From positions 1-50,576 of the forward strand of contig JAUCBJ010001709.1 in the NCBI GenBank assembly GCA_032718475.1: a DNA stretch of 50,576 nucleotides, given 5' to 3'. Source of the stretch: Nemertoderma westbladi (taxonomy: Eukaryota > Animalia > Xenacoelomorpha). This document shows positions 39,501-50,576 of the stretch, piece after piece. A program made the translations under genes and the position numbers. The notes below the pieces were generated by a model that was given only the letters and a program-made list of their open reading frames with translations, was not told the origin of the DNA and did not search any database. Position 1 is the first letter of the stretch, and each line of letters begins with the position of its first letter.

Positions 39501-42500
39501 TTGTACGCACAACTTACTATATTTTTAGAACAACCTAGTATCTTGTTCGGTCAACTTACCAAGTTGTATGCACAACTTAGTATCTTTTTAGAACAACCTA
39601 GTATCTTGTTCGGTCAACTTACCAAGTTGTATGCACAACTTAGTATCTTTTTAGAACAACCTAGTATCTTGTTCGGTCAACTTACCAAGTTGTATGCACA
39701 ACTTAGTATCTTTTTAGAACAACCTAGTATCTTGTTTGGTCAACTCACCAAGTTGTACGCACAACTTAGTATCTTTTGTGAACAACCTAGTATCTTGTTC
39801 GGTCAACTTACCAAGTTGTACGCACAACTTACTATCTTTTTAGAACAACCTAGTATCTAGTTCGGTCAACTTACCAAGTTGTACGCACAACTTACTATCT
39901 TTTTAGAACAACCTAGTATCTTGTTCGGTCAACTTACTAAGTTGTACGCACAACTTACTATATTTTTAGAACAACCTAGTATCTTGTTCGGTCAACTTAC
40001 CAAGTTGTACGCACAACTTACTATCTTTTTAGAACAACCTAGTATCTTGTTTGGTCAACTTACCAAGTTGTACGCACAACTTAGTATCTTTTTAGAACAA
40101 CCTAGTATCTTGTTCGGTCAACTTACTAAGTTGTACGCACAACTTACTATCTCTTTAGAACAACCTAGTATCTTGTTCGGTCAACTTACCAAGTTGTACG
40201 CACAACTTACTATCATTTTAGAACAACCTAGTATCTTGTTCGGTCAACTTACCAAGTTGTACGCACAACTTACTATCTTTTTAGAACAACCTAGTATCTT
40301 GTTCGGTCAACTTACCAAGTTGTACAAACAACTTACTATATTTTTAGAACAACCTAGTATCTTGTTCGGTCAACTTACCAAGTTGTACGTAGAACTTACT
40401 ATCTTTTTAGAACAACCTAGAATCTTGTTCGGTCAACTTACCAAGTTGTACGTAGAACTTACTATCTTTTTAGAACAACCTAGAATCTTGTTCGGTCAAC
40501 TTACCAAGTTGTACGTAGAACTTACTATCATTTTAGAACAACCTTGTATCTTGTTCGGTCAACTTACCAAGTTGTACGTAGAACTTACTATCTTTTTAGA
40601 ACAACCTAGAATCTTGTTCGGTCAACTTACCAAGTTGTACGTAGAACTTACTATCTTTTTAGAACAACCTAGTATCTTGTTCGGTCAACTTACCAAGTTG
40701 TACGTAGAACTTACTATCTTTTTAGAACAACCTAGTATCTTGTTCGGTCAACTTACCAAGTTGTACGCACAACTTACTATCATTTTAGAACAACCTAGTA
40801 TCTTGTTCGGTCAACTTACCAAGTTGTACGTAGAACTTACTATCTTTTTAGAACAACCTTGTATCTTGTTCGGTCAACTTACCAAGTTGTACGCACAACT
40901 TACTATCATTTTAGAACAACCTAGTATCTTGTTCGGTCAACTTACCAAGTTGTACGTAGAACTTACTATCTTTTTAGAACAACCTAGTATCTTGTTCGGT
41001 CAACTTACCAAGTTGTACGTAGAACTTACTATCTTTTTAGAACAACCTAGTATCTTGTTCGGTCAACTTACCAAGTTGTACGTAGAACTTACTATCTTTT
41101 TAGAACAACCTAGTATCTTGTTCGGTCAACTTACCAAGTTGTACGTAGAACTTACTATCATTTTAGAACAACCTAGTATCTTGTTCGGTCAACTTACCAA
41201 GTTGTACGTAGAACTTACTATCATTTTAGAACAACCTAGTATCTTGTTCGGTCAACTTACCAAGTTGTATGCACAACTTACTATCATTTTAGAACAACCT
41301 AGTATCTTGTTCGGTCAACTTACCAAGTTGTACGTAGAACTTACTATCTTTTTAGAACAACCTAGTATCTTGTTCGGTCAACTTACCAAGTTGTACGTAG
41401 AACTTACTATCTTTTTAGAACAACCTAGTATCTTGTTCGGTCAACTTACCAAGTTGTATGCACAACTTACTATCATTTTAGAACAACCTAGTATCTTGTT
41501 CGGTCAACTTACCAAGTTGTACGTAGAACTTACTATCATTTTAGAACAACCTAGTATCTTGTTCGGTCAACTTACCAAGTTGTACGCACAACTTACTATC
41601 TTTTTAGAACAACCTAGTATCTTGTTCGGTCAACTTACCAAGTTGTACGCACAACTTACTATATTTTTAGAACAACCTAGTATCTTGTTCGGTCAACTTA
41701 CCAAGTTGTACGCACAACTTACTATATTTTTAGAACAACCTAGTATCTTGTTTGGTCAACTTACAAAGTTGTACGCACAACTTACTATATTTTTAGAACA
41801 ACCTAGTATCTTGTTCGGTCAACTTACCAAGTTGTACGCACAAATTACTATCTTTTTAGAACAACCTAGTATCTTGTTCGGTCAACTTACCAAGTTGTAC
41901 GCACAACTTAGTATCTTTTTAGAACAACCTAGTATCTTGTTCGGTCAACTTACTGAGTTGTACGAACAACTTACTATATTTTTAGAACAACCTAGTATCT
42001 TGTTCGGTCAACTTACCAAGTTGTACGCACAACTTACTATCATTTTAGAACAACCTAGTATCTTGTTCGGTCAACTTACCAAGTTGTACGCACAACTTAC
42101 TATCTTTTTAGAACAACCTAGTATCTTGTTCGGTCAACTTACCAAGTTGTACGCACAACTTACTATCTTTTTAGAACAACCTAGTATCTTGTTCGGTCAA
42201 CTTACCAAGTTGTACGCACAACTTACTATATTTTTAGAACAACCTAGTATCTTGTTCGGTCAACTTACCAAGTGGTACGCACAACTTACTATCTTTTTAG
42301 AACAACCTAGTATCTTGTTCGGTCAACTTACCAAGTTGTACGAACAACTTACTATCTTTTTAGAACAACCTAGTATCTTGTTCGGTCAACTTACCAAGTT
42401 GTACGAACAACTTACTATCTTTTTAGAACAACCTAGTATCTTGTTCGGTCAACTTACCAAGTGGTACGCACAACGTACTATCTTTTTAGAACAACCTAGT

Positions 42501-45500
42501 ATCTTGTTCGGTCAACTTACCAAGTTGTACGCACAAATTACTATCTTTTTAGAACAACCTAGTATCTTGTTCGGTCAACTTACCAAGTTGTACGCACAAC
42601 TTAGTATCTTTTTAGAACAACCTAGTATCTTGTTCGGTCAACTTACTGAGTTGTACGAACAACTTACTATATTTTTAGAACAACCTAGTATCTTGTTCGG
42701 TCAACTTACCAAGTTGTACGCACAACTTATTATCATTTTAGAACAACCTATTATCTTGTTCGGTCAACTTACCAAGTTGTACGCACAACTTACTATCTTT
42801 TTAGAACAACCTAGTATCTTGTTCGGTCAACTTACCAAGTTGTACGCACAACTTACTATCTTTTTAGAACAACCTAGTATCTTGTTCGGTCAACTTACCA
42901 AGTTGTACGCACAACTTACTATATTTTTAGAACAACCTAGTATCTTGTTCGGTCAACTTACCAAGTGGTACGCACAACTTACTATCTTTTTAGAACAACC
43001 TAGTATCTTGTTCGGTCAACTTACCAAGTTGTACGAACAACAACAACTTACTATCTTTTTAGAACAACCTAGTATCTTGTTCGGTCAACTTACCAAGTTG
43101 TACGCACAACTTACTATCATTTTAGAACAACCTAGTATCTTGTTCGGTCAACTTACCTAGTTGTACGAACAACTTACTATCTTTTTAGAACAACCTAGTA
43201 TCTTGTTCGGTCAACTTACCAAGTTGTACGCACAACTTACCATCTTTTTAGAACAACCTAGTATCTTGTTCGGTCAACTTACCAAGTTGTACGCACAACT
43301 TAGTATCTTTTTAGAACAACCTAGTATCTTGTTCGGTCAACTTACTGAGTTGTACGCACAACTTACTATCTTTTTAGAACAACCTAGTATCTTGTTCGGT
43401 CAACTTACCAAGTTGTACGCACAACTTACTATCTTTTTAGAACAACCTAGTATCTTGTTCGGTCAACTTACCAAGTTGTACGCACAACTTACTATATTTT
43501 TAGAACAACCTAGTATCTTGTTTGGTCAACTTACCAAGTTGTACGCACAACTTACTATCTTTTTAGAACAACCTAGTATCTTGTTCGGTCAACTTACCAA
43601 GTTGTACGAACAACTTACTATCTTTTTAGAACAACCTAGTATCTTGTTCGGTCAACTTACCAAGTGGTACGCACAACGTACTATCTTTTTAGAACAACCT
43701 AGTATCTTGTTCGGTCAACTTACCAAGTTGTACGCACAAATTACTATCTTTTTAGAACAACCTAGTATCTTGTTCGGTCAACTTACCAAGTTGTACGCAC
43801 AACTTAGTATATTTTTAGAACAACCTAGTATCTTGTTCGGTCAACTTACTGAGTTGTACGAACAACTTACTATATTTTTAGAACAACCTAGTATCTTGTT
43901 CGGTCAACTTACCAAGTTGTACGCACAACTTATTATCATTTTAGAACAACCTATTATCTTGTTCGGTCAACTTACCAAGTTGTACGCACAACTTACTATC
44001 TTTTTAGAACAACCTAGTATCTTGTTCGGTCAACTTACCAAGTTGTACGCACAACTTACTATCTTTTTAGAACAACCTAGTATCTTGGTCGGTCAACTTT
44101 CCAAGTTGTACGCACAACTTACTATATTTTTAGAACAACCTAGTATCTTGTTCGGTCAACTTACCAAGTTGTACGCACAACTTACTATATTTTTAGAACA
44201 ACCTAGTATCTTGTTCGGTCAACTTACCAAGTTGTACGCACAACTTACTATCTTTTTAGAACAACCTAGTATCTTGTTCGGTCAACTTACCAAGTTGTAC
44301 GCACAACTTACTATATTTTTAGAACAACCTAGTATCTTGTTCGGTCAACTTACCAAGTTGTACGCACAACTTACTATCTTTTTAGAACAACCTAGTATCT
44401 TGTTCGGTCAACTTACCAAGTTGTACGAACAACTTACTATCTTTTTAGAACAACCTAGTATCTTGTTCGGTCAACTTACCAAGTTGTACGAACAACTTAC
44501 TATCTTTTTAGAACAACCTAGTATCTTGTTCGGTGAACTTACCAAGTTGTACGCACAACTTACTATCTTTTTAGAACAACCTAGAATCTTGTTCGGTCAA
44601 CTTACCAAGTTGTACGAACAAATTACTATCTTTTTAGAACAACCTAGTATCTTGTTCGGTCAACTTACCAAGTTGTACGCACAACTTACTATATTTTTAG
44701 AACAACCTAGTATCTTGTTCGGTCAACTTACCAAGTTTTACGCACAACTTACTATATTTTTAGAACAACCTAGTATCTTGTTTGGTCAACTTACCAAGTT
44801 GTACGCACAACTTACTATATTTTTAGAACAACCTAGTATCTTGTTCGGTCAACTTACCAAGTTGTACGCACAAATTACTATCTTTTTAGAACAACCTAGT
44901 ATCTTGTTCGGTCAACTTACCAAGTTGTACGCACAACTTAGTATCTTTTTAGAACAACCTAGTATCTTGTTCGGTCAACTTACTGAGTTGTACGAACAAC
45001 TTACTATATTTTTAGAACAACCTAGTATCTTGTTCGGTCAACTTACCAAGTTGTACGCACAACTTACTATCATTTTAGAACAACCTAGTATCTTGTTCGG
45101 TCAACTTACCAAGTTGTACGCACAACTTACTATCTTTTTAGAACAACCTAGTATCTTGTTCGGTCAACTTACCAAGTTGTACGCACAACTTACTATCTTT
45201 TTAGAACAACCTAGTATCTTGTTCGGTCAACTTACCAAGTTGTACGCACAACTTACTATATTTTTAGAACAACCTAGTATCTTGTTCGGTCAACTTACCA
45301 AGTGGTACGCACAACTTACTATCTTTTTAGAACAACCTAGTATCTTGTTCGGTCAACTTACCAAGTTGTACGAACAACTTACTATCTTTTTAGAACAACC
45401 TAGTATCTTGTTCGGTCAACTTACCAAGTTGTACGAACAACTTACTATCTTTTTAGAACAACCTAGTATCTTGTTCGGTCAACTTACCAAGTGGTACGCA

Positions 45501-48500
45501 CAACGTACTATCTTTTTAGAACAACCTAGTATCTTGTTCGGTCAACTTACCAAGTTGTACGCACAAATTACTATCTTTTTAGAACAACCTAGTATCTTGT
45601 TCGGTCAACTTACCAAGTTGTACGCACAACTTAGTATCTTTTTAGAACAACCTAGTATCTTGTTCGGTCAACTTACTGAGTTGTACGAACAACTTACTAT
45701 ATTTTTAGAACAACCTAGTATCTTGTTCGGTCAACTTACCAAGTTGTACGCACAACTTATTATCATTTTAGAACAACCTATTATCTTGTTCGGTCAACTT
45801 ACCAAGTTGTACGCACAACTTACTATCTTTTTAGAACAACCTAGTATCTTGTTCGGTCAACTTACCAAGTTGTACGCACAACTTACTATCTTTTTAGAAT
45901 AACCTAGTATCTTGTTCGGTCAACTTACCAAGTTGTACGCACAACTTACTATATTTTTAGAACAACCTAGTATCTTGTTCGGTCAACTTACCAAGTGGTA
46001 CGCACAACTTACTATCTTTTTAGAACAACCTAGTATCTTGTTCGGTCAACTTACCAAGTTGTACGAACAACTTACTATCTTTTTAGAACAACCTAGTATC
46101 TTGTTCGGTCAACTTACCAAGTTGTACGCACAACTTACTATCATTTTAGAACAACCTAGTATCTTGTTCGGTCAACTTACCTAGTTGTACGAACAACTTA
46201 CTATCTTTTTAGAACAACCTAGTATCTTGTTCGGTCAACTTACCAAGTTGTACGCACAACTTACCATCTTTTTAGAACAACCTAGTATCTTGTTCGGTCA
46301 ACTTACCAAGTTGTACGCACAACTTAGTATCTTTTTAGAACAACCTAGTATCTTGTTCGGTCAACTTACTGAGTTGTACGCACAACTTACTATCTTTTTA
46401 GAACAACCTAGTATCTTGTTCGGTCAACTTACCAAGTTGTACGCACAACTTACTATCTTTTTAGAACAACCTAGTATCTTGTTCGGTCAACTTACCAAGT
46501 TGTACGCACAACTTACTATATTTTTAGAACAACCTAGTATCTTGTTTGGTCAACTTACCAAGTTGTACGCACAACTTACTATCTTTTTAGAACAACCTAG
46601 TATCTTGTTCGGTCAACTTACCAAGTTGTACGAACAACTTACTATCTTTTTAGAACAACCTAGTATCTTGTTCGGTCAACTTACCAAGTTGTACGCACAA
46701 CTTACTATATTTTTAGAACAACCTAGTATCTTGTTCGGTCAACTTACCAAGTTGTACGCACAACTTACTATCTTTTTAGAACAACCTAGTATCTTGTTCG
46801 GTCAACTTACCAAGTTGTACGAACAACTTACTATCTTTTTAGAACAACCTAGTATCTTGTTCGGTCAACTTACCAAGTTGTACGCACAACTTACTATCTT
46901 TTTAGAACAACCTAGTATCTTGTTCGGTCAACTTACCAAGTTGTACGAACAACTTACTATCTTTTTAGAACAACCTAGTATCTTGTTCGGTCAACTTACC
47001 AAGTTGTACGCACAACTTACTATCTTTTTAGAACAACCTAGTATCTTGTTCGGTCAACTTACCAAGTTGTACGCACAACTTACTATATTTTTAGAACAAC
47101 CTAGTATCTTGTTCGGTCAACTTACCAAGTTGTACGCACAACTTACTATATTTTTAGAACAACCTAGTATCTTGTTTGGTCAACTTACCAAGTTGTACGC
47201 ACAACTTACTATATTTTTAGAACAACCTTGTATCTTGTTTGGTCAACTTACCAAGTTGTACGCACAACTTACTATATTTTTAGAACAACCTAGTATCTTG
47301 TTTGGTCAACTTACCAAGTTGTACGCACAACTTACTATATTTTTAGAACAACCTAGTATCTTGTTCGGTCAACTTACCAAGTTGTACGCACAACTTACTA
47401 TATTTTTAGAACAACCTAGTATCTTGTTCGGTCAACTTACCAAGTTGTACGCACAACTTACTATATTTTTAGAACAACCTAGTATCTTGTTTGGTCAACT
47501 TACCAAGTTGTACGCACAACTTACTATATTTTTAGAACAACCTTGTATCTTGTTTGGTCAACTTACCAAGTTGTACGCACAACTTACTATATTTTTAGAA
47601 CAACCTAGTATCTTGTTTGGTCAACTTACCAAGTTGTACGCACAACTTACTATATTTTTAGAACAACCTAGTATCTTGTTCGGTCAACTTACCAAGTTGT
47701 ACGCACAACTTACTATCTTTTTAGAACAACCTAGTATCTTGTTCGGTCAACTTACCAAGTTGTACGCACAACTTACTATCTTTTTAGAACAACCTAGTAT
47801 CTTGTTCGGTCAACTTACCAAGTTGTACGCACAACTTACTATCTTTTTAGAACAACCTAGTATCTTGTTCGGTCAACTTACCAAGTTGTACGAACAACTT
47901 ACTATCTTTTTAGAACAACCTAGTATCTTGTTCGGTCAACTTACCAAGTTGTACGCACAACTTACTATCTTTTTAGAACAACCTAGTATCTTGTTCGGTC
48001 AACTTACCAAGTTGTACGCACAACTTACTATCTTTTTAGAACAACCTAGTATCTTGTTCGGTCAACTTACCAAGTTGTACGCACAACTTACTATCTTTTT
48101 AGAACAACCTAGTATCTTGTTCGGTCAACTTACCAAGTTGTACGCACAACTTACTATCTTTTTAGAACAACCTAGTATCTTGTTCGGTCAACTTACCAAG
48201 TTGTACGAACAACTTACTATATTTTTAGAACAACCTAGTATCTTGTTCGGTCAACTTACCAAGTTGTACGCACAACTTACTATCTTTTTAGAACAACCTA
48301 GTATCTTGTTCGGTCAACTTACCAAGTTGTACGAACAACTTACTATCTTTTTAGAACAACCTAGTATCTTGTTCGGTCAACTTACCAAGTTGTACGCACA
48401 ACTTACTATATTTTTAGAACAACCTAGTATCTTGTTCGGTTAACTTACCAAGTTGTACGCACAACTTACTATATTTTTAGAACAACCTAGTATCTTGTTC

Positions 48501-50576
48501 GGTCAACTTACCAAGTTGTACGCACAACTTACTATATTTTTAGAACAACCTAGTATCTTGTTCGGTCAACTTACCAAGTTGTACGAACAACTTACTATCT
48601 TTTTAGAACAACCTAGTATCTTGTTCGGTCAACTTACCAAGTTGTACGAACAACTTACTATATTTTTAGAACAACCTAGTATCTTGTTCGGTCAACTTAC
48701 CAAGTTGTACGCACAACTTACTATCTTTTTAGAACAACCTAGTATCTTGTTCGGTCAACTTACCAAGTTGTACGAACAACTTACTATATTTTTAGAACAA
48801 CCTAGTATCTTGTTCGGTCAACTTACCAAGTTGTACGCACAACTTATTATATTTTTAGAACAACCTAGTATCTTGTTCGGTCAACTTACCAAGTTGTACG
48901 CACAACTTACTATATTTTTAGAACAACCTAGTATCTTGTTCGGTCAACTTACCAAGTTGTACGCACAACTTACTATCTTTTTAGAACAACCTAGTATCTT
49001 GTTCGGTCAACTTACCAAGTGGTACGCACAACTTACTATCTTTTTAGAACAACCTAGTATCTTGTTCGGTCAACTTACCAAGTTGTACGAACAACTTACT
49101 ATCTTTTTAGAACAACCTAGTATCTTGTTCGGTCAACTTACCAAGTTGTACGAACAACTTACTATATTTTTAGAACAACCTAGTATCTTGTTCGGTCAAC
49201 TTACCAAGTTGTACGCACAACTTACTATATTTTTAGAACAACCTAGTATCTTGTTCGGTCAACTTACCAAGTTGTACGCACAACTTACTATATTTTTAGA
49301 ACAACCTAGTATCTTGTTCGGTCAACTTACCAAGTTGTACGCACAACTTACTATCTTTTTAGAACAACCTAGTATCTTGTTCGGTCAACTTACCAAGTTG
49401 TACGAACAACTTACTATCTTTTTAGAACAACCTAGTATCTTGTTCGGTCAACTTACCAAGTTGTACGCACAACTTACTATCTTTTTAGAACAACCTAGTA
49501 TCTTGTTCGGTCAACTTACCAAGTTGTACGCACAACTTAGTATCTTTTTAGAACAACCTAGTATCTTGTTCGGTCAACTTACTGAGTTGTACGAACAACT
49601 TACTATATTTTTAGAACAACCTAGTATCTTGTTCGGTCAACTTACCAAGTTGTACGCACAACTTATTATCATTTTAGAACAACCTATTATCTTGTTCGGT
49701 CAACTTACCAAGTTGTACGCACAACTTACTATCTTTTTAGAACAACCTAGTATCTTGTTCGGTCAACTTACCAAGTTGTACGCACAACTTACTATCTTTT
49801 TAGAATAACCTAGTATCTTGTTCGGTCAACTTACCAAGTTGTACGCACAACTTACTATATTTTTAGAACAACCTAGTATCTTGTTCGGTCAACTTACCAA
49901 GTGGTACGCACAACTTACTATCTTTTTAGAACAACCTAGTATCTTGTTCGGTCAACTTACCAAGTTGTACGAACAACTTACTATCTTTTTAGAACAACCT
50001 AGTATCTTGTTCGGTCAACTTACCAAGTTGTACGCACAACTTACTATCATTTTAGAACAACCTAGTATCTTGTTCGGTCAACTTACCTAGTTGTACGAAC
50101 AACTTACTATCTTTTTAGAACAACCTAGTATCTTGTTCGGTCAACTTACCAAGTTGTACGCACAACTTACCATCTTTTTAGAACAACCTAGTATCTTGTT
50201 CGGTCAACTTACCAAGTTGTACGCACAACTTAGTATCTTTTTAGAACAACCTAGTATCTTGTTCGGTCAACTTACTGAGTTGTACGCACAACTTACTATC
50301 TTTTTAGAACAACCTAGTATCTTGTTCGGTCAACTTACCAAGTTGTACGCACAACTTACTATCTTTTTAGAACAACCTAGTATCTTGTTCGGTCAACTTA
50401 CCAAGTTGTACGCACAACTTACTATATTTTTAGAACAACCTAGTATCTTGTTTGGTCAACTTACCAAGTTGTACGCACAACTTACTATCTTTTTAGAACA
50501 ACCTAGTATCTTGTTCGGTCAACTTACCAAGTTGTACGAACAACTTACTATCTTTTTAGAACAACCTAGTATCTTG
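12535..50576. repeat. 63-bp satellite DNA array, about 600 monomers, running off the window end
   Basis: Consensus GCACAACTTACTATCTTTTTAGAACAACCTAGTATCTTGTTCGGTCAACTTACCAAGTTGTAC (23/63 GC). Uninterrupted head-to-tail array in a single orientation with few indels. Confidence 0.99.

Noticed and set aside
12490-50090. Giant plus-strand ORFs (up to 2520 aa) of YAQLTIFLEQPSILFGQLTKL repeats
   Set aside because: They result from a 63-bp unit with one stop-free frame. Stop variants (TTG>TAG, AAG>TAG, CAA>TAA) are freely amplified, common variants are largely non-synonymous, and starts are TTG except 12490, whose ORF stops after 111 aa.
12535-50576. CRISPR-like array
   Set aside because: No unique spacers and no cas genes; contiguous monomers in a eukaryotic context.

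Overview
Eukaryotic, probably invertebrate animal, repeat-rich heterochromatin-like sequence with no intact host gene that I can support. Positions 1-8.7 kb are a nest of transposon remnants: three head-to-tail non-autonomous Helitron2/Helentron (DINE-1/HINE-like) elements (1-4340), one carrying a (GAGCC)n tract; a 5'-truncated RTE-type LINE with a (TAG)n tail; and an internally deleted piggyBac with TTAA target sites (6641-8239). The apparent cluster of small minus-strand ORFs at 8.7-12.4 kb joins by hand into one intronless, decayed ORF of roughly 1,200 codons. Its architecture is Cys/His N-terminus, coiled coil, DEDDy (WRN/EXD/RNase D-like) 3'-5' exonuclease, up to three CCHC zinc knuckles and a basic tail, which suggests cargo of an unclassified mobile element. 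About 130 bp upstream of it begins a 63-bp (3 x 21-bp) satellite of about 600 monomers that fills the remaining 38 kb. The satellite has three dyad symmetries per monomer, variant domains and higher-order repeats. The giant plus-strand ORFs in the satellite are judged to be artefacts.
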